64,000 nt of DNA from the human T2T-CHM13v2.0 reference genome, Homo sapiens (GCF_009914755.1 NC_060928.1); one strand, 5' to 3'. Shown: positions 32,384 through 48,075, counted from the first letter of the stretch. Numbers and translations: made by a program. The notes: generated by a model not told the origin, from the sequence alone.

Positions 32384-33951
32384 TATTCAACTGACCTTTG
32401 ACAGAGGAGCAAAGAAAATAAATCAAAAAAAGATCATCTTTTCAACAAATGATGCTGGAAGAACTGGACATTTATTCACATGCAAAAAAACATGAATCTG
32501 GATATAGACCCTTCTGCACCCTTCACAAAAATTAACTCAAAATGATCACAGACCTAAATGTAGAATGTAAACTATAAAACTCCTAGAAGTTACCCTAGGA
32601 GAAAATCTAGATGACCTTGGGTATGGCAGTGACTTTTCATATACAACACAACATCAGAGGCATGATCCATGAAAGAAATACCTGATAAGCTGGACTTCGT
32701 TATAATTTAAAACTTCTCTGTGAAAGACACTGTCAAGAAAAAGAGGAAACAAGCCACACGTTGGGAGAAATATTTGTAAAAGTTATGTCTGATAAAGGAC
32801 TGTTATCTAAGTTACAAAAAACTCTTAAAACTCAACAATACAAAACAAACACCCAGTTTAAAAATCGGCAAAAGACCTGAACAGACACCTAACCAAAGCA
32901 GATGACAAATAAACACATGAAAAGATATTTAACATCGTATGTCAATAAGAAATTGCAGATTAAAGCAACAATGAGATACCTCTACACACCTGTTAGAGCG
33001 GCCAAGATGCAAAACACAGACAACACCAAATCCTGACAAGGATGTGGAGCAACAGGAACTCTCAGCCATTGCTGATAGAAATGCAAAATCATACAGGCAC
33101 TTTAGAAGACAGTTGTAGATTTCTGATAAAATTAAGCAGATTCTTACATACAATTCAGCAGTTGTGCTCCTTGGTATGAGTTGAAAATTTACGTACACAT
33201 GAAAACCTTTGCATGAATATTTACAGCAGCCTTATTCATAATAGCCAAAACTTGAAAGCAGTCAAGATGTCCTTCAGTAGGTGAATGGTTAAGTAAACTG
33301 GTATATCCAGACAATGGAATACTCTTCAGCACTAAAGAGAAATGAGCTATCTGTCAAGCCATGAAAAGACATGGAGGAAACTTAAATGCATACACCAAGT
33401 GAAAGATGCCGTTCTAAACAGGCAGTGTACTGCATCATCCAACTGTATGGCATTCTGGGAAAAAGAAAACTGCAGAGCCAGTGAAGAGATCAGTGGTTAG
33501 GGGGAAGAGAGGGAGGAATAGGCAGAGCACAGGGGAATTTTAAAGCAGTGAAACTCCTCTGTATGATATTGTAATGGTGGGTACATGTCATTATACTTTT
33601 GCCAAAACCCATTGAATGTACACCAAGAGTGAAGCTTGATATAAACTGTGGATTTGGGGTGATAATGAAGTGTCAATATAAGTTCACTGATTGTAACAAA
33701 CGTACACTCTGGTGGAGGATGCTGATAGTGGGAGAGTTTATACATGAGTCGGGGCAGGGAGTAAATGAGAACTCTACTTTCCACCCCATTTTGCTATGAA
33801 CCTAAAACTGCTCTAATAAATAGACTGTGTTTTTCAGTGTTATGTGACGAAGGTTTAACCTGAGAAAAAAACAATATATTGTTAATTTTTAATAATTATT
33901 AAACAATTTCTGTTCTTTGCTGTTGTTTTTCTCTGCCACTGGTCTTCACCT

Positions 33952-34218
33952 GTTTGTTTGTTTTGGTTTTTGAAACAGGGTCTTGCTCTGTCACGAAGGC
34001 TGTAGTGCAGCGGTGATCATAGCTCACTGCAGCCTTAAACTCCCAGGCTCAAGTGATCCTTTCACCTCAGCCTCCTGAGTAGTTGGGACCACAGGCACAT
34101 GCCACCACACCTAGCTAATTTTTTTTTTTTTTTTTTCATAGAGAGAGTGTCTCTCTATGTTGTCCAGGCTGGTCTCAAACTCCTGGCCTTGAGCAATCTT
34201 CCCACCTTGGCCTCCCAG
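33952..34218 (-). mobile_element. AluJ, partial
   Basis: AluJ-type reverse-complement sequence. Confidence 0.88.
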
Positions 34219-34339
34219 CCTGGACTTCATCTGTTTTGTTCACAACTATAACCCTGCCTCCTAGTACAGAGCCTGGCATATTGTAAAAAAAAAAAAAAAA
34301 AAAAAGCAACAGTAATAGCTTCATTCTGAAATAGTATAT

Positions 34340-34560
34340 TCAGTGATGTGTTGGGTACTGCTCTGAGTACTTTACATATATATGTACTCATTTAAACTTC
34401 ACAACTTTGAAATAAGTACTTATTCCCAGTGTACAAATGGAGAAACTAAGACACCAGAAGGTCAAGCAACTTGCCCAGATTTACATCGCTAGTAAGTGGT
34501 AGAAATGGAATTTGACCCCAGGCTGTATGACCTGAATGTTTGCTCTTCACCAGCTTATAC
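34340..34560 (-). mobile_element. MIR
   Basis: MIR core: aatggagaaactaagacaccagaaggtcaagcaacttgccca. Confidence 0.7.
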
Positions 34561-35032
34561 CACCTTTCCTTAAAAGACAGTCCACAAATATTTATTGATT
34601 GGGTGAATGAATATGAGTGAAATAATGAAATGAAAAGGCAACTTTTAATATAGTATCATTAGTACATTTTTATTTTAAAATGTGTCCATGCACAGTACCC
34701 AAATGTTCATTATTACTAACAGATGATAAATTGTAGTAAAGTCATACAGTGGAATACTATATAGCAGTGAGGAAAGTGAGTTACAACTACATATAACAGC
34801 GTGTATGATTCTCGTGAGCATAATGTTGAGCAAAAGAAGCCACACCCTAAAGAGTCTCTGTTTACTGTTCCATCTATACCAAGGACAAAAGAGGCACATT
34901 AGAAGTCAGAATGCTGGGAACCCTCGGGGCAGAGCCGGAAGGGCAGGAGTGTTCTCCCCTTCCTCCGGTGCTGGTTACATGGGTGTGTTCAATTTGTAAA
35001 AGTTTTTTGAGCTATACACGTATGTGTGCAGG

Positions 35033-35328
35033 TTTTTTTTTTTTTTTTTTGAGACGGAGTCTCACTCTGTCGCCCAGGCTGGTGTTCAGTGGCGCGATCT
35101 CGGCTCACTGCAAGCTCCACCTCCCAGGTTCAAGCCATTCTGCCTCAGCTTCCTGAGTAGCTGGGACTACAGGTGCCCACCACCACACCCGGCTAATTTT
35201 TTTATATTTTTAGTAGAGACGGGGTTTCACCGTGTTAGCCAGGATGGTCTCGATCTCCTGACCTCGTGATCCGCCTGCCTCGGCCTCCCAAAGTGCTGGG
35301 ATTACAGGAGTGAGCCACCGCACCCGGC
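35033..35328 (-). mobile_element. AluY
   Basis: AluY diagnostics (gcaagctcc, caccgtgttagccaggatggtctcgatctc); TSD TGTGCAGGTTTTT. Confidence 0.93.
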
Positions 35329-35793
35329 ATGTGCAGGTTTTTTGATTGGTAAATTCTACGTTAAATAAACAGCTTTTTAAATGACTAAGTTAGATAAAAA
35401 GGGTCAAAAAGATAAATAAGATGTTGAAAGTGTATTTGCCCAAAACATTCTTTAACTGTAGATATTTTTTGGAAACAGTGCTATGAGTAATTTTCCGTTT
35501 CATTTTTGAGAGTTCTTAGGTTTTCAGATGTAGTAAAATTGTCACATATTGCCTGTGTAATTAGATTTCTAAAATGTGATTAAAATGAACTTACCCCAAA
35601 ATCAACATATGCACAGCATGAGTTGGTCATGTGGGTGTTGGCTCCTGATGGGTGATAAAAAGGACACCAGCCCACTGGCTGCCTTGCTTGCCCTCCTGAC
35701 TTTAGTCCACAATCTTTGAAGCTTCATAGGATGTCTCCAGGGATTTCTAATCAGTGTTTTGTGTGTTTCTTACATTTTTATTCCCTTTTCCAG

Positions 35794-35921
35794 GCTGAAC
35801 AGTCCAAAGAAGAGCAGAAGCAAGGTCTGAATGCAGAGAAGTTGATGAGGCAAGTCTCCAAGGACGTGTGTCGGCTCCGGGAGCAGAGCCAGAAGGTGCC
35901 TCGGCAGGTGCAGTCCTTCAG
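35794..35921 (+). CDS. WWC2: WWC2 penultimate exon: AEQSKEEQKQGLNAEKLMRQVSKDVCRLREQSQKVPRQVQSF(R)
   Basis: Strong acceptor ttcccttttccag|GCT; donor AG|gtgaat; 128 nt, phase 2. Confidence 0.92.
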
Positions 35922-38900
35922 GTGAATAGCCCCATCCAGGACAGCTTTTGGGTTGCCCTCACGGGGTCTGATTGTGTAGGAATTCACCTCAGTGCAGTGA
36001 AAGTTAATATGAGGATCCGAGACAGAAGTCCTCTGTTCTCTACCTTGAATATATAATTTTCCATTTGCACCTGAGGTGATAAATGTGACTGGCAGAGTTA
36101 AAGGCTGATGAAAGCCTAACTCCCCACAAGAACCCAGGGTGTCCCCAGCTCTTAGTAGCTGTTAGCACATCTCACTGGGCTATCTTGACACAGGATACAA
36201 AGGTACAGAAAACTCAGACATCTTTGGGATTTTGTTCGCTCATTTTACAGACATTCCTTGGGCAGCCCCAGAAACCTTACACCTTGTCAGGCTCTGAGAT
36301 GTGGAGGCTAAGAACATGTGCATTCGTTCTGCTCTTCTGGGGGGCTCTAGGCTGTGGCAGGGATAGGCGGGTAACCAGGTCATTGCAGTGCATGTGGAAG
36401 GAGCTAACTAAAGGGATAGGTAGGGACCTGTGAGAGATGTGGGAGGAGCCTCAGTCAGTATGGGGCAGGTGCTGGGGCTGCGGGCACCAGCAGAGGAGAT
36501 TATAAGAGAACCCATCATGGAAGGATGGCTGCAAGCTCCTTAGGCACCTAGGGGTGGCAGTTTTGAGTGGGACATTGAGGCGGGAAGAACAGCATGGACA
36601 GAGGCACAGACCTTAGAAGTCAGTGCCAAGCTCTGGCGCATGGGGAGTTGCCAGCTGGTGAGCCTGCCCAGGAGAACTGGGCTCAAGTTGCACAGGCCTT
36701 GGAAGCTGTGCAGAAGGCTTCCACCCGTGGTCTCTGACGGGCGGCCAGCAGGGCTCTCCGTGCACAAAACCAAATGATGGGGATGGGTTTTATGTAGGGC
36801 AGATATCAGAGGCATTGTGGAGAGTGGGCTGGGGAGAAGCGGGTAAGGGTGGCCAGTTAGGTTCATGGGAGGTTTGTGGGGGGCAGCGGCTGCCCTGTGG
36901 TGCCAGCGCTCGAGATGGAGAATGCTGGGGAGCAGGGGTGTGGGGAGGATGCTGACCTCTGCCATGGCACACCAGGCAATGCCAGCAGGCTAGTGAGATA
37001 ACCATGACCAGTAGACAAGTGGAAATAAAAATCTAAAGCCAGGGTTAGGGGTCAGGATGGAGATTAAAAAATGGGAGTGCTCATCTTCAATGCATTGGTC
37101 TCATCTGTGGAAATGGGCCAGACATCCCAGAAAATGTGAGGTGACTGGGAAAGGAGGCTGGTGGGCACCAATCACTGAAGGGCTCGCCCCAAAAGAGATG
37201 CTAGAAAGAATGGCTGGAGAGGTCAGAGGAGAACCAGGAGCCTGGGGCAAGAGGGTGGGAAGAGGAGATTGATGGAGAGAACTGAAAAGTACATCCGGGA
37301 TCCCTGGTGAGCACACTAGATGGTTTCAGCCCCGACGGAGGGAGCTCAGCAAAAAGGTTTGTTCCTATTGCGTTTTTATTTGGTTTTGGTTGAGGTTTTG
37401 TATAGACGAGTCTTTGGAAAGTGTTTAGGCATAAAGGGGAGAAGCCCAGAAGAAGCGAGTGTTTTTGAAGTGTGGGGAAGCTAGGTCACGTGGTGGAGCA
37501 GGGACAGCTATGGCAGGCTGAGGTCTGGTACCAAGCGGGAGGGCAGGGCCACGGACCGTGTGGCAGCAGCAGTGTGCCTTAGTGGGCTCACAGCTCTTTC
37601 ATTTTTCTGCAACACCCTGCAGTAGAGAGGTTTTTCCACCCTCTTTTCTGCTAAAGAATCACATTTGTGACTTTCAGGGACTACCACTACTTGGGTTTTA
37701 GAACTGCAGGTGAGGGGAGCCCATCCATGTCCCTGGTGCTGTGGTCACTTAGAGAATAAGCAGCATTGTCTAGCGTGGAAAGTCACACAACTCGCAGTTG
37801 TTGCCGAAACCTGAAGCAAAGAATCCACGAACATTCCCAGCTTCCCTTAAGATACGAAGCATATTATATCACCAGGGAAGTGACGAGAATGATGAGATGG
37901 ACCAGGGTGAGACAGAACATGCTGGAAGCGTGGGATTTGCACGGCTACCGTTGCCTGGCCTGGGGTGGTGAGATCAGGCAGCGGTGGGGCCTGGGCCGTT
38001 CTGCCCGGCACCACCCCAGCTGCTTGTTTCACCTGGAATCAGGAGCCCGATGGTCCCTGGCCTTCTAATTTTTCAAGAGAAGTTAGAAATCAACAATTTT
38101 CTGTGAAATATCTCAAATGCAGGTGCCGGCAACTACTTCAGGTATTTTTAAACACCCCAGTTAGCAGCTGCGCCTTAAGGCCTCCGCTGACATCACACCT
38201 ACACTCGTGGCATTTTTTGTTCTTGTTTTCCTCTTATGAATTGAACAAATTTAAAGGACACTGTTCACAGCAGTAGCTCGTTCCAGTGTCCATAGTGTTC
38301 TCACTCCTCCTTTTCTTCTCTATCCTTTCTTAGTCTTCAGAACATCCCCACCTCAGCTCTGGTTTCTAACCCACACCTCCTCCCCCATCTGGACTGTTCT
38401 TTCGCAAGGGAGAACCAGTGCTTGATTCTTCAGCTACCAGCATGCCCCTTGCATGTAATATGCCCTCAAGAAATACGTGCTGACGGCATAAATGCCATGT
38501 ACAGTGTGAAGTTCTGTAGGGAAATAGACGCACTGTTTGTCTTTTTTTTAAGCACTCTCCTCACCTGAAAACCGCTCTGCCCTGTCTCAGCCTCTCCGCT
38601 GCTTCGGGACCAGGGCAGTTACTACCTTGCAGATAGTTCCTCCTTCTCCTTTCATTTGCGTCGTGGTGTCGCTCATCAGGTTGTCCCTGCCCCGGCATGG
38701 TATCGATGTAAAGACTTTTCCTGTTATTGTGTGCTTTTCTGTGAGGTTACTGAGAAGTTTCCAGGTAGGATTTTGGGCCTTTTGAGTCTTCTGCTACCTA
38801 GTTCGGAAACACCCATCCTAGACCAAACCCCTACTAGTTTAAAAACTGTCTTCTGTTGGAAGTTCCCTGAAGGGAACTTACGGGCTTGGTCTGTAGGTGA

Positions 38901-39115
38901 CTTCCGTGATCCAGAGCTGCTGTTCTCCTTGATACCCCCCCTTTAAGCAGGCAGAGGCTCTCCTGATTTTAAATGGAGTTCTGCGTAAGGAAAAGAGCTT
39001 CTACCTGTGCTTGCAGAGACATCACTGCCACTGCAGGTCTTGGGGACTGTTTTAATGGTCCCAGAGTATTTTTAGCATCATATATAAGTCAATTTATTTC
39101 TCACCCCAACTCTAG

Positions 39116-39182
39116 GGAGAAGATTGCCTACTTCACCAGAGCAAAGATAAGCATCCCATCCCTGCCAGCTGATGATGTGTGA
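39116..39182 (+). CDS. WWC2: WWC2 last coding exon: (R)EKIAYFTRAKISIPSLPADDV*; C-terminal PDZ-binding motif ADDV
   Basis: Acceptor ccccaactctag|G; TGA at 39180-39182; ADDV end is shared by WWC family members. The seven exons sum to 1017 nt = 339 codons including stop. Confidence 0.94.
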
Positions 39183-41737
39183 TTACATGACTTAAGAAAT
39201 TATTTTTTCATCTGTTCACTTTCTTAGGGAGGGTAAAAGACTGAAGATTTGTGTTTTTGTTTTGGTGTTTGGTTTTTTTTGGTAACGTAACTGTCAACTC
39301 TTGAAGAACTTTTATTTCACATCAGATTTTCAACACATTAATTTGTAAAGTACCTTGAGTGTAATTTTTATATGCTTAAAAAAGAAAAAATCATATAAGA
39401 AAGATGGGATAACCTGGTACACAAATGTTGCCCAGTATGTGCGCATTGCCAGTGGACTTCATTTTGTAAAAATGGAATAGAGGCAGTACCCCACCATGTG
39501 TACTGTTGAGCCGGCTGTTGAGAAACAACTTGGTTCAGCCGGTGGTTTTGCTTCTCCTTTGTGTTCCTGTGAGTAGGCTGTGCCGATGGCAGCAGCGCCA
39601 CGTGGTATCTGTGCGCTGGCGAGGAGAGGAGCGCTTTCCATTTGGAGGCAGTGTGAGCACACGCTGGAGTGCAGCGTTCCAAAGTCCGCCCGAAATGGAT
39701 GCTGCGTCCACGGCCATCACCTGTGCGGGAACACCTGGTTTCCTTAAGACAATTTCCTTTTTGTCCTTTTATATTTTTCTAAAGAAAACTAAGATATAAA
39801 CTACCAAGTGCTCTTAAGAATAAAAATAAGAATAAGAATACAAAGGAGCACTACTCTTGGCTACACGAAAGATCTTGGGATTCATGACACTGAGGGCAGG
39901 GAGAAGAAAGAACACCAGCCACGCAGAGATACAAATAAGCTCATCAAATGAGCAGCTGGTTTGTCTCACTCAGCCTGAATTTGCATTAAGTGTTCAAAAG
40001 TGAGTTTCTGGCTTGCACTAGTGTTTTGCCCTAAATCTAAGGATGGTGCCTAGTGGTGGCCCTGTGTTCTGAGGACAGAGAGAGCTGGAGGGGTGGAGGG
40101 AAATGCATCGGCACTCATTTGGTGTAACCAAGAAGAGGGGGAAAGATGTCTTGATAGAATCAAAGTTGCCAAAAACAAAGAAGAGTTTATCAAGCAGATT
40201 TCTAACATTTAGTAGAAACTACTTCATAGCTCTCATTTTTAGGGGGTTCTATCTATAATTTATGGTAAATAGTTGGGAGGCAAAGGGAAGAATGTGTGTG
40301 GGGGGATTATTAATTTGAAGTATAAGCTAAATTGTTTATTAAAAAGCCTATTTTGGATGAACAAGTTTAGAGAGATAAACTGACTAATGTGTCCTCCAGT
40401 TTAGAATTTCACCTTACCCGACCCAGGCACTTCTTAAAAACACAGATCCTCAGTGCAGCTCTGCCAGCATCAAGGCTTTTAAAATATGTAGTATTTAGGC
40501 CATTTAAACCATACTTATTACTCAATAACCCAAGAAACAATTTTGGGTTAGCCATCTAATATAGCAAATAAAATAGATTTTTTAAAGAAATCCAAAATTG
40601 TCTTAAAGGAATGGACCCCTTGAAGAAAAAAAAAAAAAAGTTTTGTTCCTCAGTTAGAATGCTCACTAGCTCACTAGCAAGAATTTTTATTTTCTTGAAA
40701 GCAATTATATATATTTTGGAAAGTTCATGTTATTGGAATTGAAGTTCAAATTAAGCAACTTCTGAGCCTAGAACTTTAATTACTTTTTCCTAAATGTCCC
40801 AACACTTACATACAAATTTCTTTGAAGACATAACTGGACATGGCAGACACTGCTTTGAACAAAAACCAGCCTAGTGAATTGACTGAGTACAGTCCTTTAA
40901 GGCTGCCCAGTTCATTCTATTAGATGACTAAGGAAAACTAGAAAAAGAATACAGTTCACCCTTGTCAAGGTCAAATGTGAAAGACAGAAGTTTATTTAAT
41001 GTAGAGGTAAATGAAGGTGAGCTGTTTTCAGCATCTTAGTTTGACCATGAAAATGTCTATAGAATTATGTGTAGTTGTTCCGTACGATTTTATTTTCTTC
41101 ATTTATTTATTTACAGTCTTATTTATGTTCTGTTTAATATATAGTTTGATTCTGGCCATTTTAAATATTTGACACAGAAGAGACTATATTGGAATATTTA
41201 CAGCTTTATAAGTCTTTCATCAGATTAGCTGTTGACTTTTTGTAATACAAAAAGTTTCAGACAAGTATTAAAGAATAAAATCTGTCTCAGGCTGGTAGTT
41301 AGCAGTTGTGACCAAGATGCTTTTGGTTGTTGTATTTCACAAAATTTCCTCATTTCTAACATGAGAGATGAACTTATTTTAATATAATCCTTTTTCTACA
41401 CTTTAAAAGTCAGCAATAGTGTTATGTATTTATAGGCAGCTTTTAATAATCTTGTCATATTTGTACTAACCCAAATGATTCACAGTGACAAAACATTTTA
41501 ATAACTTGATCACAAAACCATATGGACAAATATGAATTTTAATATTATAAATACTATTTTTAAAAGGTAGAATTTATTCGCACAGGGTAAAAAGAATGTA
41601 ATATTTAGTTCTCAAGTTTGAATTATCAGTATATTATTACAATTTTGTATATCAGAATCTTAAGTGTTACAGGTACAAAAAGAATATTGCTAGCCAAATG
41701 AACAAAGTTTAGCTAAATCTCTGTAGCATGCAAATCA

Positions 41738-41748
41738 AATAAATTAAA
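41738..41748 (+). terminator. Candidate proximal WWC2 polyadenylation signal (overlapping AATAAA/ATTAAA)
   Basis: AATAAATTAAA with upstream TGTA elements (41647, 41722) and T/GT-rich sequence downstream. Confidence 0.5.
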
Positions 41749-42736
41749 ATTTTTTGCTATTGCTTTATCTATATTGTCTTAAATATCAAAAGCTCAGGAC
41801 TGAACTTAATATTTAATCAGGTTAAATTCTGAACATGTTTCTGTTTTAATTTGTCTTGTTTGTAAACGTATGCAAATACATCACATAGATTAACTGGTTT
41901 CTGCACTTTCCATGTGTTTGTGGGTGGAAAAAAATTCAGTGGTTTTTTTTTAAAAAAAAAAGCAAAAACAAAGCTACATATTGCCTAATACTCTATTTCA
42001 GTGTCGTTTATTGTTCAGTTTATTTCCCTGATTGGCACAAACACAAGAGTTTCCTTGAACCATGTACCAAGCAAATACAAAATATTTCATGAAGAAATCC
42101 CCAGGCTGGCAGTTTGTGATGAATAGTTCTTGTTGGAACTATATGTATTGCTGATAAAAAAGGACGAAGTATTTTCATTGAGCAAATAAAATGAAGGGCT
42201 CCAGAATATGTGCTCTGTGGTCGCTGCGCCTGGGCTGGCAGTGTGCTCCACAGAGAGGCAGCCGTCCCAGGAGGTTATCTACCCACACACCCCAGTCCTG
42301 CCCTGCCGTGCCCCCCACAGGCTGCTCAGTGCCTGGGAAGCCAGAAACGCTGCCCGTGAAATACAGAACACAGGATGCAGAAGCACGTTTGTGTGGCAGA
42401 GTCTACTTGAATCATCCAAAACCCAAGATCGCCCTCCTGCCTCTGACAGTATAGAAGGCGTGACTGAATGTGGCTGCCTTTTGAAAAAGGTTCCATAGAG
42501 ACACTGAGGTCTCTGATTCAGAAGGAGATGATGTGTCTACACCTTTCACCTCTGAAGCTTCTAAAGAGCTAGTAATTATTTTATATAATAAGACGTCATG
42601 CATTTTAAATAAATATGCAACAAGACCTCAGGCTTATTATACTAGGTTATCTTAAACACCTGAAAGAAGTAAATGATTTGCCAAATGATTCCGCTCCATA
42701 TGAATAATACCTTCAAAGATACATAGAGATTAATGT

Positions 42737-42742
42737 TTTATT
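42737..42742 (-). terminator. Candidate CLDN22 polyadenylation signal
   Basis: TTTATT on + (AATAAA on -), about 270 nt past the CLDN22 stop. Confidence 0.4.
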
Positions 42743-43011
42743 TACCACTTCTGTGCAATCGCTATTTTAAAATTGAGAAAACTCATCCACAGTAATGGGT
42801 GTCATTACTATTCAGTCTTGATTGATTTTGGTCTCAGACTAGAAGATAAAAATGGTTTACCAGTCTTGGAAAGAAACTATAGTTTAATAGCCACAGGAAA
42901 AGATGCATTTTCAAAAATCAAAAGCACAGTGAGATGACTAGAGCGGGACATCCTACCAAATCCAGTGTTGAGCAAGCGTCTCCTGAACAGCAGACGCTTG
43001 TCCTTTCTGGC

Positions 43012-43692
<681 letters not shown>

Positions 43693-44211
43693 TTAGCCAA
43701 ACTAACTCCTGCCCTTCGGTTGCTGTGAAAAGAAGTGTGACACTTGTGTTATAACTTATGAAACTCAGAAATATTTCTTCATTGTGTATATAGGAGGATT
43801 CTTGCCAGAGTTGCTATTGTTTGATTCCATGTTGAATGGGTTTCACAAAAGGATAGGGAAATAATGCCGCCAACCAGTAATGCCAAGGTGTGGCCAAGAT
43901 TGTGTTTGTGTCCTGTGGGCTGGATTTGACAGAAAGCAGTTTGTCACTGAAATATAATTAAGTGATAATCTCCTTTCATTGTCAAGGTTAAAATGGCTTT
44001 CATGTTATTCCCAACCTTTCTAACAAAGAATTAAGTCTAAATGCAAAATGTTTAACTGATGGTTTTGGTTCAACTCCTCCTGCTTTGTGTTTCACTAACT
44101 GCACCTGTCAGATTTTCATCTCTTATAGTTCTCACATTTCAAATGTGCATGTTATGGTAATACTGAGTGTTATTTTTTAAAAATAGGTTTAAGAAAAGTA
44201 TTTCTTAACCA

Positions 44212-44217
44212 AATAAA
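44212..44217 (+). terminator. Candidate distal WWC2 polyadenylation signal
   Basis: AATAAA about 5.0 kb after the stop codon, just beyond the CLDN22 5' end. Confidence 0.5.
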
Positions 44218-45219
44218 TCAATCTTATCAGAAATCTCTCTACACCTTAACTCACTCCTGCGTTTCAGAAATTCCTCAGGCTACATATACCACATGGCATA
44301 TGAAGCAATACTGAACTACAGATCTAGTTTATTTATCTGCATGCCTTTCTGTCAAATTCACGCTTGTGTGCATAAACACTTTTTTTTCTTATATATGCTT
44401 TCTGTGCCGAGGAAAGTTCAGCATTTGGACTCTGCAGGTTGGAGTCAGCATTTCTGTTTATTCACCACTAAAGTAGATATCCCCATGTTAGCGATTTTTC
44501 ATTGAACAAAGGAAAGGTTTTATTCAAATGACCTGACAATATCAGGATATCAAGAAAAATGTCTTTGGAATTGTTTTTCTTTTTTTAATACGAAGGTTTT
44601 GAGGGAAAGGATGAGAGAAGAGATTGGCCACCATTTTAAATCTGAGAGGATCACAAGGTACTGAAAACTCTTCAGCCTCATAAAATCTTGCCGCACTGAG
44701 TGCCTGGTAATATCCTAAAAACAAACCACTTCTGTTCAAAGAAGAAAAAGGTCATTGTTGTGGAAATAACACTTTGAGGTTGGCTTAGCATGTGGTTTTG
44801 CTAAAGTAGAACACTTAAAATTTTCAGATTGTTAGTTTTTTTCTTTAGGAAACAGAAACTAAAGATCATTTCTGACTACCAACAGCAACAACAAAAAAAA
44901 GAAAAACAGAAAAAAGCTTTCTAATATGAAATTTACACATTAAAGCTTGAAACTGACTGTATTGGACAGCCACCACATTAATTTCAATAACCAGATCAAT
45001 GAAGCTTGTTTCACTTCTACCTGTATAATGCTTACCATAATCATTTTCTTTTAGATAAAAGATTTTTCCTTCATTATTCAGATTTTAGAGGGAAGTGGGT
45101 CTACCTACTGTAGAAAAATAGTGAATGAGAAAACGTGAGCATCACAGGTTTAGCTACAAAACAAAGAGGTCTTTGTCATCACAGTTGATACAGGATACAT
45201 CTCTGGCCTTGTCGGAGTC

Positions 45220-46044
<825 letters not shown>

Positions 46045-47720
46045 TCACGTAAAGGACGAAGGACTCTGTTAAAACTATGAGTTGGGCTTTCTGATAAGGA
46101 CTTGATCTGTTACCTTCCAATTTGGTAAAATTATATCCCCAATGCTTGATGATTATAAGTCTAAGGATGAACAAAGAGGGCTCTATGACCCCTCACCCTA
46201 AAATACAACAGAAATCTTTGTGCTTCAGTATGGATTAATTAGATTTTAAGTGGTGATAAAAGGCCAGCTCTTTCTACAACAGGACTTCATTGTAAGAGCT
46301 GAATCTGAAATTTCAGGGATGCAAAACAAGGTCTTGTAAAGAAAGGTAGACTGTTTCCTATAATCTCTATTCTTCTCAGACTTCCTTAACCTACACAAGA
46401 GCCTGGCCCACATCCTCGAGTGTCGCAGGAGCTCAGAGTTGGCAGGAAGGTTCCTCGGATTCCTTTGAAAGGTAGAGGCTGGCTTACGGGACTGATTAAA
46501 ATGAAAAGGACTGAGGCTGATGCTGGGGGCTACTGAGTGCGGAAGGGAACGTCCCGGGCAGTTCCAGCATTCACTCTGTGGTTTTCTCCATCCTCGTTAA
46601 GGACTTGGGGGTAAAGCATGATATCTTAGCGTCCAGGGAGGTGTTTTTTGTCCAGAGCTGAGCTGTCCCCTTGTCATTTCAGCAGCTTACGCAGAGCAAC
46701 ACCAGGCTTCAAGACTCCTGCCAGCTCCCAGACAAAAGTCTCTGGTACAAACACAATAGCCACAATGGAGCTGAACTTCGAGGCTTCATCTTGTTTATTT
46801 TTTTGGTTGAGGCCACACCTTGAGAGCATACTTACGCAGAGGGTTGACCCCTCAGAGAACACAGGACCGGCCTCACAGGCCAGGACAAGAGGTCACCTGC
46901 CCCAGATTCCCAGGGCTGCACCGTCTCCTCTCCACATGGCCCCTGGGCATCCTGCACCTGCTCAGAGGAGATAAAATCAGATGGGCCCACAGGACAGAAA
47001 AGTCCCTAAAGGTGGAGCCACTCCCCTGAGAGGTTCTAACCTGGAGAAGTAGAACCACTGCCCATCACGTTGCAACAGTGGAGTGTAGCCCAGGATCAGA
47101 AATTATCTTCTATTGTGTCTCTAAATAGGAGATCGGAGAGACAGAACATGGATCCCGATGTATCCAAATTACTTTGGATAAGATTGCATAAGATGTAGAT
47201 TTGAGGTGGTACTTTCTTCAGCTTTTCCTATCATCTTAAGTTTAAAAAGAAAAAACTATGCACCAGATGAACTCTTCCTTAATTTTTACAAATTTTCAGA
47301 ATTCCTGAGGATGTATTGGTGCCCCCACCATCCTGAAATAAGTCATTCCAGGGTGCTTAAAGGTACCTGGATCCAGAGGGCCGGAGACCTGTCTGGGGCC
47401 TCATCACCAGTGCACAGGATATGGCAAGCTTGAGCTCTCTTCCAGGAGGCAGTCGGGGTGGTGAAGGCCTGGAGAGCAAGTGGGAAAGATCATAGGGAGA
47501 TGATTCTTAATATCACAGTGAAACGCTTTTTAAAAACCTAATGGAATAGGCTGCTCCGTGACGTAGTGAGCTCTCCCTGCTGCAGGCATCTAAGCCAAAG
47601 GTTATCACCTGCCAAGGTTATCACGGAGGGGATTTCTGCTGTGGTGGGTGTTGGACCTGCATAACCTCTGAGCACCTTCCCAATTCATTTATTCTGTCAG
47701 CATTAAAAAAATATGTTGTG

Positions 47721-48019
47721 GGCTGGGCGCGGTGGCTCATGCCTGTAACCCCAAGACTTTTGGAGGTCGAGGCAGGCGGATCACAAGGTCAGGAGTTTGA
47801 GACCAGCCTGACCAACATGGTGAAACCCCGTTTCTACTAAAAATACAAAAATTAGCCAGGCATGGTGGCGGGCGCCTGTAATCCCAGCTACTCAGGAGGC
47901 TGAGGCAGGAGAATCGCCTGAACCGGGGAGGCAGAGGTTGCAGTGAGCCAAGATGCGCCACTGCACTCCAGCCTGGGCGACAGAGCGAGACTCTGTCTGA
48001 AAAAAAAAAAAAAAAAAAA
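47721..48019 (+). mobile_element. AluS
   Basis: Full Alu with A tail. Confidence 0.93.
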
Positions 48020-48075
48020 GTTGTGAGCCCCTCCTGCTGAGCAGGCACTGGGTGCTGAACAGGAGTCCCTGAACC

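Larger units (their letters stand above)
27497..33822 (+). mobile_element. Old near-full-span L1 (L1MC1/2-like 3' end) with 5' UTR, ORF1 and ORF2 remnants and internal deletions
   Basis: ORF1-like peptide at 28380-28643; ORF2-like peptide at 31736-31960 (IYRFNAVP...LPDFKTY...WYW); 3' end gctatgaacctaaaactgctctaataaa. Confidence 0.85.
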
